In this document: positions 52,883 to 62,625 of the stretch, piece by piece
Position numbering within the stretch: position 1 is the first letter of the stretch
Layout: every line of letters begins with the position of its first letter
Assembly (NCBI GenBank): GCA_963703955.1
Contig: CAVPGK010000021.1
Coordinates: 120,065-184,064 of the forward strand
Length of the DNA: 64,000 bases
Reading direction: 5' to 3'
Source: Nitrospirota bacterium
GTDB taxonomy: Bacteria; Nitrospirota; Nitrospiria; Nitrospirales; Nitrospiraceae
The notes under the pieces: generated by a model
Databases searched by the model: none
Seen by the model: the letters and a program-made list of their open reading frames with translations, nothing else
Told to the model about the DNA's origin: nothing
Program-made: the position numbers and the translations under genes

Positions 52883-52889
52883 CGGTCAG

Positions 52890-53215
52890 CTCGGCTTATC
52901 TGTGAATGCTGTAGCGAGGTCCGCGACGCGAGGAATAACGAGCGTCACGTTTGCGGACGCCGCCGAGTGGTGAGGCGGCTGTGCCTTGCCGAAGCCAAAG
53001 CCCGCAATTTCACCCGCCCTCCCCAGGCGCGCCAAGACGCGCCCGTTCCCGGAGGCTTCTCGCAAGGCGCACGGCGCGATGAATAAAGAGCGCCACGTCT
53101 GTGCGCGCCGGCGAGACGGTGAGCCGGCCGTTTCTTCGTCGAGGAGCCCGAACGAGAAAAGCCGCGCCGGGCGAAGGGATCGGATGCCGTAGTAGGTATT
53201 CATAGATAACCCGAG
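52890..53215. repeat. MITE/REP-like element between nuoI and nuoJ
   Basis: 21-bp imperfect terminal IRs (17/21) at 52890-52910 and 53195-53215. Internal 34-bp block 52922-52955 is identical to 26436-26469, with a degenerate second copy near 53070-53134. Confidence 0.75.
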
Positions 53216-53216
53216 G

Positions 53217-53762
53217 TTAGCTTTCCTTGGAAGGGAGATGCTTGTAGGCGACGTTGAAGAAGGCGACGTTGGGGTGTTGCAATTCGAGTCTTTTTTCTCT
53301 CACCGGAAACGAACGCTCGCCGATGGCGAGAAGCTGTTGCTTATTGAGATAAAGCTGGCGCTTGTCATACACCGCCCACTCGTACTCACGGGTCATGCCG
53401 AGCGCATCGACCGGGCAGGCTTGCACGCAGAGGCCGCAGAACAGACAGCGGGTCATGTCCATATAATATTCTTTCGCATACCGTTTGACCGGCTGATCGG
53501 GGACCTCCGCGCTGATGACTTTGATGACGCGTGACGGACACGCGGCTTCGCACAAATCGCAACCGACGCATTTCTCCGTCCCGTCGTCGTACCGAAGCAA
53601 CGCGAGCATCCCTCGGTAGCTGTCCGGAAGTGTCCGCTTCTCGTGCGGGTACTGCAGCGTGATCGGCTTGTAATGAAGCAAATGGATGAGCGTCGCCTTC
53701 ATGCCCATCAGGATCTCATAGAAGATGATGGTCTTGAACCAGGTCTTGACTCTTGCCGCCAT
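53217..53762 (-). CDS. nuoI: NADH-quinone oxidoreductase subunit I
   Basis: Two CxxCxxCxxxCP motifs. Confidence 0.97.
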   Translation of the reverse strand: MAARVKTWFKTIIFYEILMGMKATLIHLLHYKPITLQYPHEKRTLPDSYRGMLALLRYDDGTEKCVGCDLCEAACPSRVIKVISAEVPDQPVKRYAKEYYMDMTRCLFCGLCVQACPVDALGMTREYEWAVYDKRQLYLNKQQLLAIGERSFPVREKRLELQHPNVAFFNVAYKHLPSKES

Positions 53763-53784
53763 GACGCCTCTCGCCCGTGCCTAC

Positions 53785-54843
53785 CTATCGCGGAAACAAA
53801 TATGCCGCAATCGACGTGTACAGAATGTTCCCCAGCGCAATCGGCAGCATGACCTTCCACCCGAACCGCATAAGCTGGTCGTACCGCAGACGCGGGAGCG
53901 TGGCGCGCAACCAGAAGAACAGGAACAGGAAGAAGTACACCTTGGTTGTGAACCAGAAAAGACCTTCGATCCACGCCACGTTCTCCGGGAGCAGCGTCCC
54001 TGGATACGGTGCATTCCAGCCCCCAAGAAAGAGAATGACCGCGACACAGGAGACCAGAATCATGTTTGCGTACTCCGCCATAAAGAAGAAAGCAAACCGC
54101 ATCCCGCTGTACTCGGTAAAGAAGCCCGCCACCAGCTCGCTCTCTGCCTCGGGGAGGTCGAACGGCACCCGATTCGTCTCGGCCACGGCCGAGATCACAT
54201 AGACCACGAAGGCGACCAATTGCGGCGCCGGAAACGCGAACGCGAACCAGTGCCAGAACCCGCCGGTCTGCGCCTCCGTGATCTTGACCAGGCTCAACGA
54301 GCCGGCAAGCAAAAGGACACCCACGATGGCCAAGCCGACGTTCAATTCGTAGCTGATGACCTGGGCTGCCGATCGTAATCCTCCCAGCAGAGAATATTTG
54401 CTGTTCGAAGCCCATCCGCCCAGGATGATCCCGTAGGCCCCGATCGACGTGAAGGCCAGGATGTACAGGATCCCGATATTGATATCACTGATGACAAAGG
54501 GTTGAAACGGAATGCCGAACACCTCGACGGTCTTGTTCGGTCCGAACGGGATGACCGCGAAGCCGATCAGCGCCGTGACCAGCGTCAGGATCGGCGCGAG
54601 GCTGAACAGGAACTTGTTCGCCCCGGCCGGAATAATGTCTTCCTTGAAAAATAGCTTGAGTCCATCGGCTACGGGCTGCAGAATCCCGTACGGCCCGACT
54701 TCCATCGGTCCCATTCGGTCCTGCATCCAGCCCAGCACCTTGCGCTCCGCCAAGGTAAGGACCGCAACCGTCAGGAGGACGACGCCCATGACCGCCGCGA
54801 TCTGGGCCACCGACAAGGCCATTTTTAATCCGACTTCGGTCAT
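53785..54843 (-). CDS. nuoH: NADH-quinone oxidoreductase subunit H
   Basis: [31 protein letters not shown]. Confidence 0.97.
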   Translation of the reverse strand: MTEVGLKMALSVAQIAAVMGVVLLTVAVLTLAERKVLGWMQDRMGPMEVGPYGILQPVADGLKLFFKEDIIPAGANKFLFSLAPILTLVTALIGFAVIPFGPNKTVEVFGIPFQPFVISDINIGILYILAFTSIGAYGIILGGWASNSKYSLLGGLRSAAQVISYELNVGLAIVGVLLLAGSLSLVKITEAQTGGFWHWFAFAFPAPQLVAFVVYVISAVAETNRVPFDLPEAESELVAGFFTEYSGMRFAFFFMAEYANMILVSCVAVILFLGGWNAPYPGTLLPENVAWIEGLFWFTTKVYFFLFLFFWLRATLPRLRYDQLMRFGWKVMLPIALGNILYTSIAAYLFPR

Positions 54844-54917
54844 CTCGTCTCCTCCGGAAACTCAGCGCACGAGGCAAGGGGCAGCAGAACGGATGGCTTT
54901 CTTCTCGCCCATTGCCT

Positions 54918-57608
54918 CTAGCCTCGCGCCTTTTCTACCTTCACCTGCGCCGACTTGTAATACGGCGCCCCGGTCTGCGGATCGATCGACACGCTCAAGA
55001 GTCGTCGTGCCTCTTCGTCAAAATGCTCCGGGAACGTCGCCACGCCCTCCGGCAACCGACCCAGGAGTTTAACCGAAGCGATCATCTCACCACAATCATT
55101 GAAAACGCGAACGCGGTCGCCGTCAGCCACACCGAGCCGTTGCGCGTCCTCCGGATTCATGGCCAGATGCCCGGATGCCTGAACCTGCATCAACCCTTTG
55201 GCCTTCGTCGATAATTTTCCTGAATGAAACAGGGTCTGTGACACCACCAGCGTCAATCTTTTTTCCTTTCTCTCGTCGCTTTCCTCTTGCCCCTTGCCAG
55301 TGAGGCTATACCGACTCGCCACATCGTCGGTGTAGCCTTGCTGGAGATAGCGATCGACGACCGCCGTGTCCGGGCGCGGAGGATTCGGGGCGATGCCTAA
55401 GAGGCCATAGCCCGGAATCAGGCCCCGAATCTCTTTAAAAATCTCCTGTGCGTCGCCATACTCGATCGGATACCCCATGAGGACCGAAATGGCGGAGAGA
55501 ATCTCCCAGTCAGGCCGGCTCTCGCCGATGGGGGCAATCGCTTGACGAACCGGCTGCACATGTCCTTCGGTGTTGGTGAACGTCCCATCCTTCTCCGCGT
55601 AGGAACACGCCGGAAGCACAACATGCGCCATGGCCGCCGTTTCGGTGAGAAACAATTCCTGACAGACGAGGAAGTCTAACCCGGTCAAGGCCTCTCGCAC
55701 ACCGGCTGACGGCGGCAGCGACCCGACCGGATTTTCTCCCACCACGAGCATGGCTTTCACGGAGCCGGAGCGAGCATCTTCCACAATCTCCATTAGATTT
55801 CGCGCCGGCCCGGTGGGGAGTTCCTCCTTCCACATGCCCACTAGCCGTTCTCGAGCGATCCGATCTTCGAGATCACTCGGACCCGGAAGATACTCGGCGA
55901 CCGCCCCCATTTCCACCGCGCCTTGATCGTTATTCTCTTCCGCGAGCGGAGCGAGTCCGGACCCCGGACGGCCGTGATGCCCGATGAGGAGCAGGAGGTC
56001 CAAGAGCGTGGTAACGAGACCCGATCCACCCGGATGTCGCAGCACCCCTTGTCCCGCCACGATGACGGCGCGTGGGGCGCCGGCGAACGCGCGGGCAGCC
56101 TGTATGATCGCCTCGGACGTGGCCCCGCTTGAGGCTTCGAGCTGCGGCCAGGCGATCGCGCCGACCGCATTCGTGATCGCTTGCACGTACCCGGGTGCCC
56201 GCCGTCTCAGGTCCACATCAATCAAATCGGATTCCACCAGGCCTTTGATGAGGCCGAGGACGACCGAACCAAATTGGTCTGGGCGAGCGGGGAAATGATG
56301 CCCGGAGAGGTTGGCGATGTTGCTGATCGTTCCCACCGCGGGCGCCAACGCCTCAATCGTGAGCAGCGTCGCCCCATGCTTTTTCACCGCCTCTTTGACC
56401 TTCAGCCCGGTGATCGGATTGGTCTCGGTGATATTCGTTCCGACCAGCAGCAGGGCTTTGGCCGCGACCAGATCCTCGAACGAGACGCTCCATCGATGGG
56501 TTCCCTGGACGCGTCGCAGCGCCCGAACCGCGTTCATCTGGCCGTAGCGCGCGCTGCTGTCGAGCTTGTGACTACCCACTACCAGGCGCATGAACTTTTG
56601 AAAGACGTACAGGTCCTCGTTTGTGCACCGTGAGCCGATCAGCCCCGCAAAGGCCTGCGAGCCATATTTGAGCTTGAGTTGGACACACGTATCGGCGACG
56701 TACTCGAGCGCCTCCTCCCAGGTCGCCTGAACCAATTCGCCGTGTCGCCGGATGAGCGGAACCGTCAGACGGTCGGGATGCGTACTCGCATGGTAGCCGA
56801 AGAAGCCTCGCGGGCAGAGATCTCCATTATTGCGGCCGGCTCCTTGAAATGAATTGACTTCGATCGGCTGGTTCGCCTTGGTTTGAATCGTGATCCGACA
56901 CCCGTCGCCGCAATAGGTGCAGATCGTATCGGCACGCTTGAGCATCCATGGACGGAAGTCATACATGGAGAGACGGCTGGTGATCGCGCCGACCGGGCAG
57001 ATCTGCACGCAGCCCCCGCAAAATTCGCAGTCCAGTTCGTGGTCGACGAAATGCTTGATTTCTGTCAGCGTGCCGCGACCCACCGGAGCGAGCGCCTTGA
57101 CGTCCATCACCTCGTCGCAATAGCGGACGCAGCGTAGACACTGCACGCACCGATTCATTTCCTTCTCGATCAACGGACTGAAGTATTCTTTCTCGAAGAG
57201 CCGTTTCACCTCGATGAACCGGCTGGTGGCGGGGGTGAATTCGTGCGAAAAATCCTGTAGGTCGCAGCGCCCGCCCTGATCGCAGACAGGACAGTCCAGG
57301 GGATGGTTGGCCAGGATAAATTCCAGCACCGATTTGTGCGCCTCATTGACCACGGTCGTGGCGGTGCGCACCACCATCCCGTTCATCACCGGCGTGCTGC
57401 AGGACGTCTGGAGCTTGGGGACTTTTTCGATTTCCACCAGGCACATCCGGCAGTTGGCGTCGGGCTTCAGCTTGGGGTGGTAGCAGAAGTGGGGGATCAT
57501 GACCCCCGCTTGACGCGCCGCCTCAATGACCAGTGTGCCCTTGGGCACCGTGAGGATCTGGTCATCGATGGTGACCTTGAACAGTTCGATGTCAGTAGCG
57601 TTGGACAT
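54918..57608 (-). CDS. nuoG: NADH-quinone oxidoreductase subunit G
   Basis: IPHFCYHP..CRMCLV, HPLDCPVCDQGGRC, CVQCLRC, CTYCGDGC. Confidence 0.96.
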   Translation of the reverse strand: MSNATDIELFKVTIDDQILTVPKGTLVIEAARQAGVMIPHFCYHPKLKPDANCRMCLVEIEKVPKLQTSCSTPVMNGMVVRTATTVVNEAHKSVLEFILANHPLDCPVCDQGGRCDLQDFSHEFTPATSRFIEVKRLFEKEYFSPLIEKEMNRCVQCLRCVRYCDEVMDVKALAPVGRGTLTEIKHFVDHELDCEFCGGCVQICPVGAITSRLSMYDFRPWMLKRADTICTYCGDGCRITIQTKANQPIEVNSFQGAGRNNGDLCPRGFFGYHASTHPDRLTVPLIRRHGELVQATWEEALEYVADTCVQLKLKYGSQAFAGLIGSRCTNEDLYVFQKFMRLVVGSHKLDSSARYGQMNAVRALRRVQGTHRWSVSFEDLVAAKALLLVGTNITETNPITGLKVKEAVKKHGATLLTIEALAPAVGTISNIANLSGHHFPARPDQFGSVVLGLIKGLVESDLIDVDLRRRAPGYVQAITNAVGAIAWPQLEASSGATSEAIIQAARAFAGAPRAVIVAGQGVLRHPGGSGLVTTLLDLLLLIGHHGRPGSGLAPLAEENNDQGAVEMGAVAEYLPGPSDLEDRIARERLVGMWKEELPTGPARNLMEIVEDARSGSVKAMLVVGENPVGSLPPSAGVREALTGLDFLVCQELFLTETAAMAHVVLPACSYAEKDGTFTNTEGHVQPVRQAIAPIGESRPDWEILSAISVLMGYPIEYGDAQEIFKEIRGLIPGYGLLGIAPNPPRPDTAVVDRYLQQGYTDDVASRYSLTGKGQEESDERKEKRLTLVVSQTLFHSGKLSTKAKGLMQVQASGHLAMNPEDAQRLGVADGDRVRVFNDCGEMIASVKLLGRLPEGVATFPEHFDEEARRLLSVSIDPQTGAPYYKSAQVKVEKARG

Positions 57609-57705
57609 ATTCTTGCCGGTGATTCGTAATTTGTTGATCTGTTGATTTGCTGATTTGTTGAATTCTGACTCTGCAGATCATCAAATCAATAAATCAGCAA
57701 ACTCT

Positions 57706-59016
57706 TCAAGGACCCGCGCCTCCTGGCATCACAAGGATCGGCACCTCGGTCGGCTGCGGCGATGGAATCAGCGCTTCGTATTCGTGGCGCCAGTACTTCA
57801 GTGTGCTCATGATCGGCGCAATTTCGGCGTCACCGAACGCGCAAACGGTCCGACCCGCGATGTTCTGGCACAGGTCCGCGAGGGTTTCAAGGTCCGCCAT
57901 CCGCCCGCGCCCTGCTACGATCCGGCGCATCGTCTGCACCAGCCACGAGCTTCCCTCACGGCACGGGGTACACTTCCCGCAGGACTCATGGTAGAAAAAT
58001 TCCATCAACCGCAAGGCCGCCCAGACCATGCTGGTTCCTTCTTCCATCACGGTCACGCCGCCCGAGCCCAGCATTGAGCCGGCCTGCGCCACGGACTCAA
58101 AGTCGAGCTTCACATCTAGATGCTCCGGCGTAAAGAAAGAGGCGGACGCTCCTCCGGGGATAATGGCTTTGAGTGGTTTATCCGAACGCATCCCTCCGGC
58201 ATGTTCTTCGATCAATTCGCGAAAGGTGATGCCCATCGGCACTTCGTAATTCCCCGGTCGCTTGACATGCCCGCTCACACAGAAAACCCGCGTGCCGGTG
58301 CTCTTGGGAGGAGACCCGATCGCGGCGAACCACTCGGCGCCTTTGTTAATAATGTGGGGCAGATTCGCCAACGTCTCGACGTTATTGATCACCGTCGGCT
58401 TGTCATACAGCCCATGGGTCGCCGGAAACGGCGGCTTGACGCGAGGTAATCCCCGCTTGCCTTCCAAGGACTCCAGCAGAGCGGTTTCCTCACCGCAGAT
58501 GTACGCGCCGGCGCCTCGATGGACCCAGATCTCGACGTTGACGCCGCTTCCGAGAATATTCCGGCCCACGTATCCTGCCGCACGCGCTTCGGCGATGGCG
58601 CGCTCCAGAATTTTCGCCCCCAACACGAACTCGCCGCGGATATAGATGTAGGCGGTTTCAGCGCCAATCGCATAACAGGCGATGATGATACCCTCGAGCA
58701 TCTGGTGAGGATCTCGTTCGATCAACTGCCGGTCCTTAAATGTCCCGGGTTCGCTTTCGTCGGCGTTACAACACAGATACTTCGGGCCCGGATGGTCCTT
58801 CGGAATAAATCCCCACTTCACTCCTGTCGGAAACCCCGCGCCACCTCGCCCTCGAAGCCCCGATTTCTTGACGGTCTCAATCACGTCGGCCTGCGGCACT
58901 TTCCCCAGAGTGTTTCGGAGCGCGGCATAACCGCCCGTCTGCTCGTACTCCTTGAGGGACCCGCCGTAGCCGGGCATGTCCATGTTCTTGAGCAATATTT
59001 TTTCGTCTCGCAGCAT
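57706..59016 (-). CDS. nuoF: NADH-quinone oxidoreductase subunit F
   Basis: GRGGAGFPTG, NADESEPGT, GAYICGEETAL, ESCGKCTPCREG. Confidence 0.97.
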   Translation of the reverse strand: MLRDEKILLKNMDMPGYGGSLKEYEQTGGYAALRNTLGKVPQADVIETVKKSGLRGRGGAGFPTGVKWGFIPKDHPGPKYLCCNADESEPGTFKDRQLIERDPHQMLEGIIIACYAIGAETAYIYIRGEFVLGAKILERAIAEARAAGYVGRNILGSGVNVEIWVHRGAGAYICGEETALLESLEGKRGLPRVKPPFPATHGLYDKPTVINNVETLANLPHIINKGAEWFAAIGSPPKSTGTRVFCVSGHVKRPGNYEVPMGITFRELIEEHAGGMRSDKPLKAIIPGGASASFFTPEHLDVKLDFESVAQAGSMLGSGGVTVMEEGTSMVWAALRLMEFFYHESCGKCTPCREGSSWLVQTMRRIVAGRGRMADLETLADLCQNIAGRTVCAFGDAEIAPIMSTLKYWRHEYEALIPSPQPTEVPILVMPGGAGP

Positions 59017-59078
59017 TTTCCCCAGATTTCAAAATTAGAAATGCAAAGTTCCAAATTGATTCGTTAGTTTTGCATTTT

Positions 59079-59618
59079 TCATTTCACATGTTGCATTAGA
59101 CTGGAAGGTTCCGGCTGCATGAAGGGCCCGCTTTTCAACGTAGAAGAACCGGCTCGTTTCAGGTCCGCCAGAATCCGATCGAGCTTTTCCTCCGTGATCC
59201 GCTCATAGTAGTCGTCGTTGACCTGCATCATCGGTCCAGTGCCGCAGGACGCCAGACATTCCACTGTGCTCAGCGTGAACAGCCGATCTGGTGTCGTTTC
59301 TCCCGGCTTGATCCCCAGCCGCGCTTGCAGCCAGCCGACCAGCGTATCCGATCCGACCAACGCGCACATAAGGGACTTGCATACTTGGATATGGAATTGT
59401 CCCAACGGCTTCAGATTAAACATCGTGTAGAAGGTCACGACTTCATACACCTGCGGAGGCGTGAGCCGCAAAATCCCGGCGATCTCTTTCATCGCCGCCT
59501 CGCTCAGATATCCTTCTTCCTGCTGAGCGAGGTACAACAACGGCAGCAGGGCCGACCGCCGCACCGGATAGCGGGCCAGAATCTGCTCGATTTCGTTCTT
59601 GTACTTCTCTTTCAGCAT
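59079..59618 (-). CDS. nuoE: NADH-quinone oxidoreductase subunit E
   Basis: VTFYTMF, CKSLMC, ECLASC. Confidence 0.96.
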   Translation of the reverse strand: MLKEKYKNEIEQILARYPVRRSALLPLLYLAQQEEGYLSEAAMKEIAGILRLTPPQVYEVVTFYTMFNLKPLGQFHIQVCKSLMCALVGSDTLVGWLQARLGIKPGETTPDRLFTLSTVECLASCGTGPMMQVNDDYYERITEEKLDRILADLKRAGSSTLKSGPFMQPEPSSLMQHVK

Positions 59619-59711
59619 CCTTCTTCCCTACACGAGCGGGCACCTTACTACGTCTGCGCGCTCTGCCACCACGAAGGTAAGCCCGTCCGTCCCCTCTTCC
59701 CCCAGATTCGT

Positions 59712-61472
59712 CTACCGATCACACTCACCCATGACGATGTCGTATGTCCCGAAAATCGTGATGATGTCCGAGATCAAATAGCCCCTCGCCATGTGGTCGA
59801 ACGCGCCCATGTGCACGAACGACGGCGCGCGGATCTTCAATCGATAGGGACGCGGGCTCCCGTCGCTGATGATAAAAAACCCCAACTCGCCCTTGGGCGC
59901 TTCAATGGCGCAGTAGGTCTCGGCCTTCGGCGGCTTGAAGCCTTGCGTGAAGATGATGAAATGATGGATGAGGCTCTCCATGTCCCGCATCACCTTGGGT
60001 TTGGGCGGCGGAATCACCTGTGGCACGTCCGCCACAATAGGCCCCTCCGGCATCTGCGCTAAACATTGCCGAATGATACGGCTGCTCTGGCGCAGTTCCT
60101 CCATCCGCACCCAATAGCGATCGTACGTATCGCCGTTCTTGCCGATCGGCACTTCCCATTCGACCTTGTCATAGGCTCCGTATGGCTCCAACTTCCGAAC
60201 ATCGTAGGTCACGCCGGACCCCCGAAGCACCGGGCCGGTCAAGCCGAAGCTGATCGCGTCCTCCGCTGAGATGACCGCCACATTTTTGGTGCGACCCAGC
60301 CAGATTCTGTTGGTCATCAACAGTTGGTCGTACTCATTGATGTGTTCTTGAAACGTATCCAGAAAGGCGTTCATCCGCGAGACGAGGTCCGGCGTAAAAT
60401 CACTGTCCACTCCGCCGATCCGGTAGTAGTTCAGCGTCAGGCGCGCCCCACAAAGCTTCTCGAAGAGGTCGAGCAGGACCTCGCGCTCGCGGAAGGTCCA
60501 GAAGAAAACCGTCATCGCGCCGATGTCGAGCGCCTGCGTGCCCAGCCAGAACAGATGGCCGATGATCCGCTGCATCTCCGCGACGATGGTGCGGATGTAT
60601 TCGGCCCGTTCAGGGACCTCCAGGTTCAGCAGCTTCTCGACAGCTCGGACGTAGGCGTAGTTGTTCGTCATCGAACAGACGTAGTCGAGCCGGTCCGTAT
60701 GCGGAATAATCTGCATGTAGTTCAGGCCTTCGGACAACTTCTCTACGCCGCGATGGAGATAGCCGAGATCGGGTGTCGCCTTGGTGATCCGTTCGCCGTC
60801 CAATTCGAGCACCACCCGCAACACCCCATGCGTACTCGGATGCTGAGGCCCCATATTCAGCAACAACTCTTCGGTTCGGTGTGCGGTCAAAGTGGTTGCG
60901 CCATTCTGATCGGAGACGAAAGGCTGTTTCTTCTCTGCCGAAATCTCTCCCTCGGCTGAGCCCATGGCCGGTTCGTCCAGTCTCGGAAGAAAATCGAATC
61001 GGCTTCGCCAGCCCTTTCCCTCGGCGGGAAAATCCTTGCGGAGCGGATAACCCTCGTCGTAATCCTCAGGCATGAGAATACGGCGCAGATCCGGGTGGCC
61101 AGCAAAGCGAATCCCCATCAGGTCATAGACTTCCCGCTCCATAAAGTTCGCGCCCTTCCAGATGCCGGTCACAGACGCGATGGTCGGATCGTCCTCTGTC
61201 ACCCTCGCCTTCACTCGAATGCGGGTGCCATGGGGCAGGGATAGAAAGTGATAGATAACTTCGAAGCGTTCCAGGTCGTCCGGATAATCGGCGGAGCAGA
61301 CATCGGTGATGTGATCGAAGGCGGCCACCGGCTCATCGTGTAGAAACCACGCCACCTCCAGCAGCCGATCGGCCGCAACACGGACCGACAGTTCGGAACG
61401 CACCGTATCCTCGTGGACGTCCAAGACGGCCTCCGGGAACTTGGCTTTTAATGTCTCAAGCAAAGGTTGCAT
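59712..61472 (-). CDS. nuoCD: NADH-quinone oxidoreductase fused subunit C/D
   Basis: EREVYDLMG..HPDLRRIL (C); NMGPQHPSTHGVLR, GYLHRGVEK, MGECDR (D). Confidence 0.96.
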   Translation of the reverse strand: MQPLLETLKAKFPEAVLDVHEDTVRSELSVRVAADRLLEVAWFLHDEPVAAFDHITDVCSADYPDDLERFEVIYHFLSLPHGTRIRVKARVTEDDPTIASVTGIWKGANFMEREVYDLMGIRFAGHPDLRRILMPEDYDEGYPLRKDFPAEGKGWRSRFDFLPRLDEPAMGSAEGEISAEKKQPFVSDQNGATTLTAHRTEELLLNMGPQHPSTHGVLRVVLELDGERITKATPDLGYLHRGVEKLSEGLNYMQIIPHTDRLDYVCSMTNNYAYVRAVEKLLNLEVPERAEYIRTIVAEMQRIIGHLFWLGTQALDIGAMTVFFWTFREREVLLDLFEKLCGARLTLNYYRIGGVDSDFTPDLVSRMNAFLDTFQEHINEYDQLLMTNRIWLGRTKNVAVISAEDAISFGLTGPVLRGSGVTYDVRKLEPYGAYDKVEWEVPIGKNGDTYDRYWVRMEELRQSSRIIRQCLAQMPEGPIVADVPQVIPPPKPKVMRDMESLIHHFIIFTQGFKPPKAETYCAIEAPKGELGFFIISDGSPRPYRLKIRAPSFVHMGAFDHMARGYLISDIITIFGTYDIVMGECDR

Positions 61473-61548
61473 GGATTCACAAAGGGTGAGAGGTAACGGG
61501 CCAAAGGTTCCTCAAGAACCTCTGGCCACTCGCCCCCCTGCCTCCCAC

Positions 61549-62028
61549 CTACTTCACGAACACCTTCTCTCGCTGAATTCGCTCCTGCAGCTTAAGCAAC
61601 CCGTCCAACAAGGCTTCGGGCCGTGGAGGGCAGCCCGGCACATACACATCAACCGGGACGATCTGATCCACGCCCTGCACTACGCTGTAGCTGTTGTAAT
61701 GATTGCCTGATGTTGCGCAGGAGCCCATGGAAATGACGTAGCGAGGCTCCGGCATTTGATCGTAGATCCGGCGGATAACCTCCGCCATCTTTCGTGTCAC
61801 AGTCCCGGCGACGATCATCAAATCGGACTGGCGAGGCGACGCACGGAACACCCCGGCGCCGAACCTGTCGATATCATACCGGGACGATACCGTTGCGATC
61901 ATCTCGATGGCACAACACGCCAGGCCGAACGTCATCGGCCACAGGGCCGACTTGCGCGACCAGTTCACCAGCGCATCGAGGTTGGAGGTAATCACGTTTG
62001 CTTCAAACTGCCGCTCAAACATACTCAT
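61549..62028 (-). CDS. nuoB: NADH-quinone oxidoreductase subunit B
   Basis: [24 protein letters not shown]. Confidence 0.97.
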   Translation of the reverse strand: MSMFERQFEANVITSNLDALVNWSRKSALWPMTFGLACCAIEMIATVSSRYDIDRFGAGVFRASPRQSDLMIVAGTVTRKMAEVIRRIYDQMPEPRYVISMGSCATSGNHYNSYSVVQGVDQIVPVDVYVPGCPPRPEALLDGLLKLQERIQREKVFVK

Positions 62029-62170
62029 AGTTCACCCGGTTTCTCCAGTGTTGGAAAGGGACACCAAGGGTGCGCGGGATGCTCTCTACCGAGCGCGTCG
62101 CAACTTGACGCCTCTACTATTATCCCCCCTGTAGGGATCGGTCGGACTGTCCTTCACTGCGCGCGTTCAA

Positions 62171-62542
62171 CTAATCCCACTCCAATGCCCCCTTTTTCCA
62201 CGCGTACCAAAACCCCACGAGTAGAATCCCGATGAACACCGCCATTTCCACGAGTCCCAGGAGGCCCAGCTTCCGATAGACAACCGCCCACGGAAAGAGA
62301 AAGACGATTTCGATGTCGAAAATCACGAAGAGCATGGCAATGACGTAATACCGAATTGGAAATTGCACCCGCGCATCCGAGAACAAGGGGCTTCCGCTCT
62401 CATAAGGCGCCAGCTTGGCTCGGTACGGCCGACTCGGCCGAACCACCCAGCCAGCCAACAGAGACACCACGCCGAACCCCAGCGCGATGGCGATGAACAC
62501 GAGGATCGGAATGTAATTAAGCGGAATCGCCTCGTTGCTCAT
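62171..62542 (-). CDS. nuoA: NADH-quinone oxidoreductase subunit A
   Basis: PYESG, FVIFDIEIVFLFPWA, KKGALEW. Confidence 0.97.
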   Translation of the reverse strand: MSNEAIPLNYIPILVFIAIALGFGVVSLLAGWVVRPSRPYRAKLAPYESGSPLFSDARVQFPIRYYVIAMLFVIFDIEIVFLFPWAVVYRKLGLLGLVEMAVFIGILLVGFWYAWKKGALEWD

Positions 62543-62625
62543 GAGAGTGTGGTCAACGGTTCGTTGTCATGGGTCATTTGGATGCTGGGCATCGTATCAG
62601 GACACTTCTGCCATTGACCCAATGA

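Noticed and set aside
52886..53203. 105-aa ORF between nuoI and nuoJ as an extra complex I subunit
   Set aside because: It lies within the repeat element and has no protein-like features.
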